Below, piece after piece: positions 1-10,670 of a DNA stretch of 64,000 bases. The notes under the pieces are model-generated. The model did not search any database. It worked only from the letters and a program-made list of their open reading frames with translations, and was not told where the DNA came from. Every line of letters starts with the position of its first letter. Positions within the stretch are counted from its first letter, which is position 1. Location: contig ML978122.1 of assembly GCA_010015805.1 (NCBI GenBank), positions 2,390,453 to 2,454,452 on the forward strand, read 5' to 3'. Source of the DNA: Rhizodiscina lignyota. Its lineage: Eukaryota. Made by a program: the position numbers and the translations under genes.

Positions 1-493
1 ATATAAACAAGAAGAAAAGAGTCGTAAATAAGCAGCTAAATAAGAGAAGGAACGTTTAGCTTAGGAAAGGCGAGAATAGTTAGCGGCGGCGAGGTTACGA
101 AAAAGAGAGGAGGTAGCTCAAAAAAAGGTACAACTTTAGAAGGCTTATACATAGAAATAAGCAAACAAACAGCTTTAATCTAAGGCTAAAGCAGCTAATA
201 AAAAGCTAAGGAATAAGTGTAACAAGAATCAAGAGATTCTAGAAGAGGTTGAAATTTTTAATAAGGAAAATGCTATTCTAGGCACTTAACCCACCCAAAC
301 ACGATTAGGGCGTAAAACAAAGCCAATAAGGCGTTATCAGTATTAAGTTTCATAGCAAAACTTATAGGCAATAATCTCATCTATCACCAAATTAAATTTA
401 AAGCTATTATCTCTTATAGTTATTGAGAAATCGTGCTCTGAAGTTGGTGGTGAAGTTGAAGGATAGGAGATCATCAGGTGGTGTAGATCACGT
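1..493 (+). mobile_element. RIP-degenerated 3' end of a probable pogo/Fot1-type (Tc1/mariner) DNA transposon
   Basis: AT- and TpA-rich. The reading KQEEKSRK*AAK*EKERLA*ERRE*LAAARLRK...TQTRLGRKTKPIRRYQY has stops that are TAA/TAG (RIP products of CAA/CAG). A basic coiled coil ending in a TRxGR motif resembles fungal transposase tails. The possible terminus is ...GATCACGT at 486-493. Family assignment is tentative. Confidence 0.5.
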
Positions 494-1850
494 GACAGGG
501 ATATCTCGTAAGCAGCCTCATGCAAAGGCAAACCCCAGGACGCTTGTCGCAGTTGACGACGCTTGTGCGAGTCAGGTACGCTACATCAGGCTACCCAGGT
601 ACTGGATCATGAAGGTGACGCTGATGAGGCTCTGATCAGCGACGGTTTGCGGGACTCTCTTTAATTTTTGCAACCACATTTACAAACATACTATTGATTA
701 GACTTCGTCTGTGGATCACTTGCATCGTTACGTCCCGTAGTGTCCAATCCGCTTTCTAGTCTTTTAATGTAGTGAGTCGATAGTTTAAGGGCTCATGAGC
801 AACACACCCAAGGCAAAAGATTCGTAAGTTGTTGCAGTTTACGACGCTTTTACGAGTCAGGCATGCTGTTGGATCACAAGTGACATTATTCACCAGAGGT
901 GCGATTCCATTTCCCTTGCAGATATGTCGAGTCAGGTGTGAGACATCTTGTTGGTCCACGAGGGAATGAGTTCTTTTGCTTAGACATCTTCTAATATAAT
1001 TGGGGATCTCTATTCTTGTGGTCACATCAGCAAATGTATTATCGAATAACATCCCTTCCCCAGTGCCGGAAATCGCCCCGCGACGGAAAACCGGCGTTTG
1101 TGAAGCCGCCAGTGTCTGCGTTTGTGGAAAAGTTTAGATTTTCTCATAATGTCTTTCAGCAAGCCCTCTTTCATGTTCATCGTCTTCGGCTAATGATATC
1201 ATGCTTTGTTGGGTGCTGCTCGCTCGCGCGTACTGGACACGATACGACGCCACGGCTAAAATATCTCACCAAAACACCACTATTGCCAAAATATCGCTTT
1301 TAAATCTAGATAAGTGAAGAAACCAAGATCCTCAATGCGTCTGATGCTTGTAAATCATCACATACGATGCTGGGAGGGTTTAAAAGGGCAAATGGCCCTC
1401 GATCGCATCTGGAGTGTCACGCTTTTGATATGAGCTAACCGTATTCGCTTAGCGCATATCTTTATTGCTGAGTAACTCACTCTCGTGCCAAGCCATTAAA
1501 TTCTTGGCATGTTTGACAAGTGCGTTCGTTTGAACCTTTCGATCACCAGCAGACCAGCAGACTGATGCAGTTCTCAGGCCTCGCGCCGCGCCTCTTGCGG
1601 CGAGGAACATTGAAGGGCGTGATCTGATAAGCTAATCAGTAAGGCTTGGCATTTCGTGCCACATTTGCACTGCCACAGTGCTTCAGTCCTCAGTTCTGCT
1701 CAGCCTCGCTCAACTTCAGCTCAGCAATTAATCTTGCACTGTACTTATACTCTCCTCAACTCTGCTAAGTCTCAATTTAACATCAGGTGAATCTGAAGCA
1801 TTAATGATCATATTAATCCGGACAAAAACTCGCTGCCAACACCACCGACC

Positions 1851-3776
1851 ATGGCTGAAGTCGAACACCACTATTTTCAGTACAATCCAATTGAAAGTGC
1901 CGAGATAAGGCTGGTACAATTCCACGAGACAGAAAATGGCATATCTGGACGGTTTGAGACATTCCTTCTCGACGACGAATCCCGCCCAGTTCCCGCCTAT
2001 AGAGCACTTTCATACGTGTGGTCCCTGCACGGAAACATACCCACGATCAGCTGGTCCATTACAGTTGATAACAAGATTTTGCTCGTTCTAGACTCTCTTT
2101 GCCCATTCTTTGAAGTCCTGAAGGCCAAAATGCACATCTTGGATTGTACGTGGTGGTGGATCGATTCCTTGTCCGTGAATCAGAAAGACTTTCCTGAGAA
2201 AGGAAATCAGGTGCGGCTGATGAGTAGAATCTATAAACAAGCTGAAGAGACAGTCGTTTGGCTGGGAGAACGTTCTGACGACAGCGAAGACGCCATGGAA
2301 TTCATCAACCTTCTACATAGGATGGGGCCGATACAGCTACCGTATCCGGAAATTCCTGAAGAACTGAAGCAGCCATGTTTTGATTCTAAATGGACTGCTT
2401 TGAAAAAAATACTGGAAAGGAAATGGTGGACCAGGATCTGGACAATACAGGAATACGCTCTATCGAAACGTGTTTCACTGTGGTGCGGCGATCGGATCGT
2501 GAGTAGAGAAGCTTTCTCGCACTCTCTCGAATTGCTCAACAGACCTCACAACAAAGATGTACCTGACGGACCAGCCTTTGCAAATGGTTGGAATAGAAGG
2601 AGAGTTCAAATGTGGCACACGCTGAAATCGCAACCCGAATTCAGGAACCTTGCCGGAATGTCTCTGGCCGCACTGGCTGCCTACTGTGGCAATTGCGATG
2701 CTACCGACGACAGAGACCGGCTTTACGCCCTTCGTGCAATAGCTACAGACTATGAGCTTCTCGAAGTCGATTACACCCTAAGCACAGAAGACGTTTATCT
2801 CCGCTTTACGCAATCGTTCATCTCACATCACCGGTCATTAGATATCATTTGTCTTGCACATACATACTGGCAATTTGAAGGATCTTCCCTCCCTTCTTGG
2901 GTTCCTGACTGGAGACGGAAAACCTATTCTCTGGTCATTCCTCAGATGATCAGTCAAACCTCCCGGGGAGAAATTGGGAATCTCCGCCCTACTAGCATCG
3001 TAAAGCCGTCGCAGATTACAATGGAGTATTCCGCGTCAGGACATATACCGGCCGTCTTTACGTTCGTAGGGACGACTCTGATTGTCCAAGGCATCATTCT
3101 TGACGTTGTGGACGGGCTGGGAACCTCTGAGAGTTCTGAGCTTGTGCAATCCTCGGCACCGATCATATCTTCTCAAGAAGCGAGCCACAACGTGGAATAT
3201 TCTGCTCTGGATTCATTGAAAAGTATATGTAATTGCATCGTCCTAAGCCGCAAGGATCGCTATCTCCAAGAACCCGTGCCAATGAAGGACTTTATATGGA
3301 GCTTCTGGGTGCTGTGTTCCGATGTTCGAAACAACTGTGCTGCAGATATACATCCAACTTTTGTAAACTGGTTCAATGGTAGCCGGCACCTTCTTGTCCG
3401 CGGAGCAACCCTGGATTCAATCGTAGCGCAATCTGCCCTGTCCGACGACAGCTCACTCTCTCAAGGGCCAGAATCATTAGATGGTCGCTCAATACAGATC
3501 CAGGACTCGTTTCTAGGAAGATTCTACGATACTGTGATCCGAATGTCACGACGCCTATTGGTTGGCGAAACGGGTATACTTGGAATGGCTCCTGGAAGGG
3601 CGAAGAAAGGAGACTACATCTGTATCTTGAAAGGTTGTAGCGTGCCTGTGATTCTGCGCAGGACAGCAGACGTGGGCTTATATTCGTTCGTCGGAGAATG
3701 TTTTGTTGACGGTTATATGTCAGGGGAGGCTTTTCACAATCCGAAGTTACGTGAGAAGTCTATTTCCATTTGTTAA
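1851..3776 (+). CDS. Heterokaryon incompatibility (HET domain, HET-6-like) protein, 641 aa, intronless
   Basis: Canonical HET blocks YRALSYVW, WWIDSLSVNQKD..EKGNQVRLMSRIY..AEETVVWLG and WWTRIWTIQE. HET-6-type tail motifs DDRDRLYAL, LPSWVPDW, GDYICILKGCSVPVILR and FVGECFVDGYMSGE. Confidence 0.93.
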   Translation: MAEVEHHYFQYNPIESAEIRLVQFHETENGISGRFETFLLDDESRPVPAYRALSYVWSLHGNIPTISWSITVDNKILLVLDSLCPFFEVLKAKMHILDCTWWWIDSLSVNQKDFPEKGNQVRLMSRIYKQAEETVVWLGERSDDSEDAMEFINLLHRMGPIQLPYPEIPEELKQPCFDSKWTALKKILERKWWTRIWTIQEYALSKRVSLWCGDRIVSREAFSHSLELLNRPHNKDVPDGPAFANGWNRRRVQMWHTLKSQPEFRNLAGMSLAALAAYCGNCDATDDRDRLYALRAIATDYELLEVDYTLSTEDVYLRFTQSFISHHRSLDIICLAHTYWQFEGSSLPSWVPDWRRKTYSLVIPQMISQTSRGEIGNLRPTSIVKPSQITMEYSASGHIPAVFTFVGTTLIVQGIILDVVDGLGTSESSELVQSSAPIISSQEASHNVEYSALDSLKSICNCIVLSRKDRYLQEPVPMKDFIWSFWVLCSDVRNNCAADIHPTFVNWFNGSRHLLVRGATLDSIVAQSALSDDSSLSQGPESLDGRSIQIQDSFLGRFYDTVIRMSRRLLVGETGILGMAPGRAKKGDYICILKGCSVPVILRRTADVGLYSFVGECFVDGYMSGEAFHNPKLREKSISIC

Positions 3777-4291
3777 CGTAGCCAATCTCACTTCTAATCT
3801 AGCAGTTGTTGCTAGAGCACCCGGATTGGGTTCATACGTGAGTTCCGAGTAGCTCGTATGTTGATTTTCAAACACCAAGCGGTAGTAATGGTAGCGATGG
3901 ACAACTGCGCCACAAACATAACCAAAGTGGCCAAGACGTCTTCGCACTCTTTTCCCCTAACATTGCCTTGTACCACAGTAATGGAGCTTCTCGGCAGCAA
4001 CTACACGATCCGGCATCGAATGTCGCGGAGTGTTGGGTTCCAGAAAGAAACTCCGGCCCACTCGACCATATGTGCCGTCGTCTATCCACGAAAGTCGCGG
4101 CCACTCATGTGCCATGCAAGTGACTGCTTTGGGATAAGAGGGGCAAGCGCCCAAACTCCATAAATTGGACTCGCAGACCTGTCCATCGACTCGTCTTTTA
4201 TCGAAATTACCTATTGAATTGGAATAGAATCCTCCTCTGCCTCCCTACCTACCAAAATACTCCATTGAAGGGATATCGCCTTGCTGATATC

Positions 4292-6755
4292 ATGTCCGCC
4301 CCCAAACCGCTCCATTTCCCACGTGGCATCCTGACAGTACGCCATCCCCACTACCACCCGCACTTTAACACACTCCTCGAGCTACCCGCATTAGAGGAAG
4401 GCAATAAAGTCAATTATAATGTAGCTCTCATCATCTGTGGCATCATTGCCGATAATAGCTGGAGTACGGGTTGGTTTGCTCGCTCAAGAGATGGAAACAA
4501 AATTTGCAAGCAAGGCATACCGATTGATGCCGCTTCTGGTGATGTCTACTACTTCGCCAAACGTGATCAGGATTGTAAGTCACAGTAACACGTCATTGGC
4601 AACATTCACACCATTAACATTGCTTTCTTCAGATAAATACCCAATCTGTATTTCGTGGGCTGATTGGCGCCTCCCCAAGGCTGACGATCTCCCCTCCGCC
4701 TTCTCCAAGCTCCAGATTGATCCCCCACAACGGGCTTCCTACATGGGGGATGTCAATGAACGCGATCAGTCTTGCCGGGCTTCAGGCATCATTGACTCCT
4801 GTGAGCCGGCGTGTCTGGTTCCAGCAAGCGAGAAGGAGTGGTGGAACTCTAATGTGAGCGAGACGAGCGAGCCGGGGATTCTGTCGGCGCTAAACGGAAT
4901 ACTACTTCGAGCCGACATGCACCAGTCGTTCAACGCCGGCAAGTGGATGCCGATGGCGACGGAGGAGGGCCGACTACGTATATACGTTGTGCGGCCAGCT
5001 TACGTGTCAACCCAATTCATCCAGCTATGGCACAACACCGAGATGAAAAAGTTGGTTGGCGTTGACCGGAGTTGCCTGTTTGCCCGTGTCGCGTATGCGG
5101 TGCTGTCGTTGCAGCACGAGTTTCTCGCCATCCGGCACCTAGCGAGCGACAACCTGTTGGTGCGGACGAAGGATGGCGAGCAGAAGGAGATGACCCCCAC
5201 GGAGTTCCGGCAATTTGATGCCGCTCATTCATCTAATCTTACGAAGAGTACTGGGTTTCCGAATTCTATTCGGAGATCTTTCCCCCACGTAAGACAATAC
5301 CCCGAGCTTCCTTCAAAATATGATTGGAAAACACAGATCACCAAATACTCCATGCCCAACTTTGGCGATCTGCTCCACCAAAAACCACGCAACGGCGTGT
5401 TCTGTCATCGCGGATACTACGATCGTGCCATGAACATCCCGGAGAATTCGGTTTTTTCCATCCTGAATGGAATAGATCGAGGTCTATTGCTTCACGAAGT
5501 CGATTTGCGCACGAATACTGGGGAAGGCGACTTGTTCTTCTTAGCCCATGACGAAACTGCATGTCGCGTTACGTCGAAAGATCGCAAATGGTCATCGATC
5601 AATATCCGGGAGGCAGAACTCGCAGCGAAGCACTTGAAGATGGAGCTGGGCGAGTGTCCCGACTTTGCTAGCTCATACATGAAGATGATTGAGAAAGTGC
5701 CGACTATGGAAGACCTGCTAAATCCCGATATCGTAACTGGCTGTGGCGATTGCTACTTTCAACTTGACCTTAGGGGTGATGCCTTTCCTAAAGCAATCAA
5801 TTACTTCACAGAACATCCTACTTCCGATAACGACGGCAAACACAACTACAGAAACAACTTCAAATTATTCTTGAAAGGCTATAATCTCGACTTTCCCTCT
5901 CCTAAGGACCTTGAAAAAAGGCTGGCCGTGAGTCGGGGGCCGATTTGGGGAGTTGCCCCTTGGGTCAAAAGTCATCAAGTACGCATCATAATGGTTTTCT
6001 ACGCAAAGCCGTTTATCGATTACGCAATGGAAAAAAGAAATATTTCTCCAGCTGACGCCACTCCGAAGAAGCTTTTGGAAAAGTTGGATTACAATATCAT
6101 TTACAAGACCGTCATGGAGCAAGTCCAGTCCTTCATTGAAATGCGTAGCACAAACCCCTCGTATGAGCTCGTCCTTGAGATCGTACATAGCGGCCTGGGG
6201 CTAGGCTATGACGTGGCCACTGGGACAGCACGAAATCCCCTAGATGGAAAACCTATTGACGTTAAGGAGGAAGAAGTCATTTTCGACAGTCGTGTTGACC
6301 GAGCTATGATAGATGTTAGTGTGGACTTGAGGGAACGGTACTCAGATCTGTCCTTCGCATCCTGTACTCGGTTATGTGATGTCAGGCTACCAGAAGAGGA
6401 CGGGCTACCAGAAGGGGAGGAGCTGGTAGCAAATATAAAGACGGGAAAACTCGAGCCAAAGTTGTTAAAAGGCGCGAAAGGGATCAGAGCAAAGCTACGA
6501 AGCATTCATGGTGGGCTGTATCCCCAGTCTGACATCGTTGTTGCTGATGACCCTCTTGCTGAGATTGCTGCGCGCACATGGATCGATGAGTGCGCAAAAT
6601 TAGATCGAAGCAAGCTACTGGACCTTTCATACAACGACTGGCTAAAGAAGGCGGCTATAGAAGTTCAAGAAGCTGTCAAGAAACTCAACGGGCCTTTTCT
6701 GCCGAACACAGTCGAAGGACCTCAAGACAGATACAAGGATATTGTTGAAAGATGA
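4292..6755 (+). CDS. Two-exon fusion protein (~801 aa): fungal HNH-nuclease-like domain plus GDPD/PLC-like phosphodiesterase domain
   Basis: ATG at 4292; intron 4575-4632 (GTAAGT...TTCAG) joins in frame. The N-terminus RHPHY..LLELPALE..ALIICGIIADNSW and core CRASG..CEPACLVP..EWW..N..NGILLRADMHQSFN match fungal HNH_2-type proteins. FCHRG..PENS..HEVDLR..LAHDETACRVT matches GDPD catalytic motifs. Confidence 0.8.
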
Positions 6756-7069
6756 CCAGAACAGAATCGGGAGGTAGAAGACTTTAGACGAGGTGAGCTA
6801 CGTTCCGATGAACTGACGTACCACATCATCGTGTCACTTCAAATCTCTTTCAGAAACAGTGCAAGATGAAGAGTAAATATTGACATTGAATGTTTGGTAT
6901 TAATGGTAGATCCATCTACCGGAGATATTTCATGACTCTGTGATATCTGATGAGAATGCCATCTGATATCATCCAAGAACGCCCGCTAATGCACACTACC
7001 CCCATCGCTATGCACCAAAGCCGGCGTTAGAAATACAAAGAGAGTCGTATGTACAATTTATTAAGTCAT

Positions 7070-7813
7070 TTACAGAGCAAGAACAGCGAGCAGGAGACCT
7101 GCTACGCTTCCCGCTACAGCTGGTGCGTTAGCCATAGCAGCGCCTGGTGAAGAGGAGGAAGGCGCAGCACTTCCACTCGAGCTAGAGCTAGCGCTGGAGC
7201 CTTTGGAGGTGGTCGGACGAGGAGGTAGACGTCCAGTGGTGAAGCCAGTGCCCTGGGCAGCAACGCCGGAGCCAGAGGCGAAGACGATCGGGTTCGAAGA
7301 GTTGGCGAGCTTGTACCCACCAGCAGTGATCTGTGCTGGGATTTGCGGCCACACTTGCGAGCCAGTCAGCGTATACGTGCTGGTCGTCGCTGCGTTCTTT
7401 GCGATACACGTTGCGTCGCTCGAGATATCGCAGCTTATGGAGAAAGACTTGGAGTCGCTGCCTATGCTGGCGAATTGCAGGTCAGATGCGCCTTGAGTAA
7501 CGGTCATTGGCGCAGAAAGGCCACCACACTCCTCGGCACCGGTGGTAGGGCATGCGACCTTGTAGGTGATTGCGGAGCGGTCGGCAGAGATGACGGAGCA
7601 GACTGGAGTAACTGTGGCTGGGACGCCGTAGATGTTGTAGACTGTCAAAGTGCGAGTGTCCGTTACAGTTACAGTGCTTGCTGGAGCATTGCCAGTTGCG
7701 GCGGTGACTGCTGCGTTTGTGGCGAAGATGGTGTGTGTCCTGGTGGAAAGGCCAGTTGAGGCGTAGGTGGATCCTGCGAGGAGCAGGGCGCTGAGAACAG
7801 TTGTGGCGTACAT
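7070..7813 (-). CDS. Secreted Ser/Thr-rich, probably GPI-anchored cell-wall protein
   Basis: Signal peptide MYATTVLSALLLAGSTYA, a Cys-containing domain, a Ser-rich stalk and a hydrophobic C-terminus (GAAMANAPAVAGSVAGLLLAVLAL). Confidence 0.85.
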   Translation of the reverse strand: MYATTVLSALLLAGSTYASTGLSTRTHTIFATNAAVTAATGNAPASTVTVTDTRTLTVYNIYGVPATVTPVCSVISADRSAITYKVACPTTGAEECGGLSAPMTVTQGASDLQFASIGSDSKSFSISCDISSDATCIAKNAATTSTYTLTGSQVWPQIPAQITAGGYKLANSSNPIVFASGSGVAAQGTGFTTGRLPPRPTTSKGSSASSSSSGSAAPSSSSPGAAMANAPAVAGSVAGLLLAVLAL

Positions 7814-9221
7814 TTTGAGATGTGAGCGTGAGAAGTATGAAAAAAGGAAGAGGAGTAGAAGGCTGAGAGGCGAGACGAGTGCGAGCTTGAGATGAAAGCG
7901 AAAGACTTAAGGGTGAGGTGAGGATTGTTGCTTCTTGTTGCTTCAGATGTGATGATGGATGCAGAGGACAGAAAGGACAGGTATTCTATATACTCAGTTG
8001 TACGCAGCTGTTTCCACCAACACGCGCGTCTTAGAATAGGAATCCGAAGGAAGAATAGAAGCACTGCCATGTGCGCCCGTTCGTCGCATAGTTGCGTATG
8101 CTGGGGCTATGTCACGCTCACACGGTGGAAGGGTTCATAGGCGACCGGACGGTGGCTTGACTCGCGACCGATCTCGGGAGCATGGGCAGCATGAGCCACT
8201 TCGGGGAGCCAAGTGCCTACCTTGTCCGAAGCTCGAACGCCGTTGGATATTTGAGGAAACGGAAAACGTTGCTCCATGCGTTGGTGAGGTGAGGCTGAGT
8301 CCAGCCTTCACCCAACCCGGCCTAGCGGCATCTTGGAGACCCGAGACGTCAGACGGCGAACGTCGCAGAAAGCACCGACAAAGGAACAATGCGCGATGGA
8401 ATCCTATATCATCAGCCTCGCCCTCGACACGATTGACCATCATGGGGAACCTCTAGGTCGCGAAATGTCCGAATGTCATTCTGCGGACATGTCTTCGGTG
8501 TAAGGCGGTTTCGCGGCCCTCCTCACTTTCACCGGTCAGATGCCCATCCATTGGCTGAGACGCTTCGCCTTTCTGTTACGACGACTCGTTCCGCCTCAAG
8601 ATCCGCTGGACATGACCACGACATCTTCGCGTTGACTGCAGAGTTTGTCGGAGGGATGCTCTGCCACTTGTGGATCTGCAGTCACGAGCCTGAGGACAAT
8701 GAAGTTGTTGACTTGTCCTGCTTGCCCTTTCTTCACCGTGGTCTGCATCGGCCCACTCTTACACTCCAGCCGGCGTACCTTCAGCCTTTGTCTTGACTCT
8801 TTGCCTGGATTAGTCAACGAGATCCCCGATCCCTTTGTTCTAGCTGTCCCAATCGTTTCCTTGCAGTATTATGGACTCCAAGCACATCTCAGTACCCGTT
8901 TCGTAACCTTCCCCCCAGAGCTTGGGGTATCAAAGTCTTAGATGAAACGACGCTACCCTATGGCAATGATCAAATGCTAGTATATCCCATAGGCTGTTTG
9001 ATACTAACAATGAACATTGTTTATCTTTCTTGGATGTTTGTTTCAGATTCACCACAAATGTTTAGCACCAACACAGCTCACGTTCACTGCATCACTACAA
9101 TGCATTCACAAATCAAACTCATTAAAAGCTTCTCTAAACTTTACTGGTCTCTTTCCATTCTCTATAAGCAACGTGAGCGTGCTACGCTTTGCCCACTGCA
9201 AACTTTCCAGAATCGAGCAAT

Positions 9222-10337
9222 ATGACGAGTCCATATAATGCTGATAGATCCAGCAACTTGTCCTCCGTCTCCCTACCTATCAGCGTAGCACCTAGCTACC
9301 ATACGACAACAGGAGAATCTTCTACTACGAAGCACGGCACAATGGATCAAGAGGGCACAAATTCTGCGACTCCAACCTCCTTCCCCGATGACAAGAAGGT
9401 ACCGATCAGGGACGAGAAGTGTGCACCATCCTTCCCTCAATATCCCAACAATGATCCGGAGCCTGGTCCGCTGCCACCACCCATCATCTACGAGCGACTG
9501 GTGCGTCGAGAAGGAGTGTCATATTTCACCTTCTTCGCTGTGGTTTTAGCTCTTGTGCTGTCCTTGACGCTGAACGGCGTCTATACCACGATTGCGTTGA
9601 AAGGTGCGATATGGCCCTCGCGCTTCCGGGAAGCACCAAATGGTGGCTTGAACATCGCGCCTGTGATCAATATCCACGGAGCAGATGTGCCGACAGCATC
9701 CAACGTGACGGTAACTCAAATCATCACCGCCACGTCGGTCTCCACGACTGCGCAATCGACGTCCCTCCCAACGGTGACGCAAACGACCACGGTGATCCAA
9801 CCTATAGTCGAACAAACAACACTCTCGACGACTACAGCATCGCCATCCTTACCAAAGGTGACGATAACGACCTCCGTCCCAGCTCCAACAACGACGGAGA
9901 AGTTTCAGACGCCAGAGTCGGCGGTGAGTCCCAGTTCTTCTCAAGGTGGTAGCATTACGAATGCGGCATCGCTTATGGCGTCCCAGGAGAGCCAAGCAGC
10001 CCAGGCGAGCTCTTCCCGCTTGTTTGGCGAGATAGTTTCCGCTGCCATCTCACTTAAGGAGTCTCAGGAGCTGAGTGCCATGTTATCTCCTTCCTCGACA
10101 AGCTCACCTCCGACGTCGCCGACAACCCCACCTTCAACGACTCAGCATACCACCATCTCAAGCACTCAAATCAAATCGACGTCGACAGGAATACCGTTGA
10201 TAGCGCCTCAGGGTCTCGTGATCGGCAGCACGGGAAGCCTCATAGTGGGCCGATGTACGACGGAGACAATCATGCACCCCGGCGGTCGACTTGCGGAACT
10301 CGGCGGACACAAGACGGTTACTACAAAGTGCTTTTGA
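9222..10337 (+). CDS. Single-pass membrane protein with a Ser/Thr-rich (mucin-like) extracellular region
   Basis: Long ORF from the ATG at 9222, one hydrophobic helix (YFTFFAVVLALVLSLTLNGVY), then a Thr/Ser-rich tract. Confidence 0.7.
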   Translation: MTSPYNADRSSNLSSVSLPISVAPSYHTTTGESSTTKHGTMDQEGTNSATPTSFPDDKKVPIRDEKCAPSFPQYPNNDPEPGPLPPPIIYERLVRREGVSYFTFFAVVLALVLSLTLNGVYTTIALKGAIWPSRFREAPNGGLNIAPVINIHGADVPTASNVTVTQIITATSVSTTAQSTSLPTVTQTTTVIQPIVEQTTLSTTTASPSLPKVTITTSVPAPTTTEKFQTPESAVSPSSSQGGSITNAASLMASQESQAAQASSSRLFGEIVSAAISLKESQELSAMLSPSSTSSPPTSPTTPPSTTQHTTISSTQIKSTSTGIPLIAPQGLVIGSTGSLIVGRCTTETIMHPGGRLAELGGHKTVTTKCF

Positions 10338-10670
10338 GCGCCACTCTGGTCATTGAACCGTCTTACCCTACCCGCAGGGCAGGCATGGGAAGGGAATGGG
10401 CAGCTATTTTGTCTTCTCCGCATAAATTTTTCCTTTTCCTGCATTATTTGGAGTTTTGCATTGCATTTCGGGGAGACTGCTGAAAAGTAGGCAGCATAGA
10501 AATTTGGAACCGTCCATTGAACTTCCCGCGAAGTTCACGATGGTCAGAACATCACAAACAATTTCACCACAGAGTGTTGCATTTTCTCTCCACGTATCAT
10601 TGAGCCATTCAGACACAATTTCCACTCCTTGCCTCCTGTGGCTTGTCTTATAGTCCAGACTACATGATTA

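Noticed and set aside
4437..4632. N-terminus of the 772-aa ORF as listed in the track
   Set aside because: It uses a non-ATG start and reads through an intron. The real first exon is in another frame, from the ATG at 4292.
7925..9180. Short ORFs between the GPI gene and the Ser/Thr-rich gene
   Set aside because: No motifs or codon bias; consistent with a divergent promoter region.
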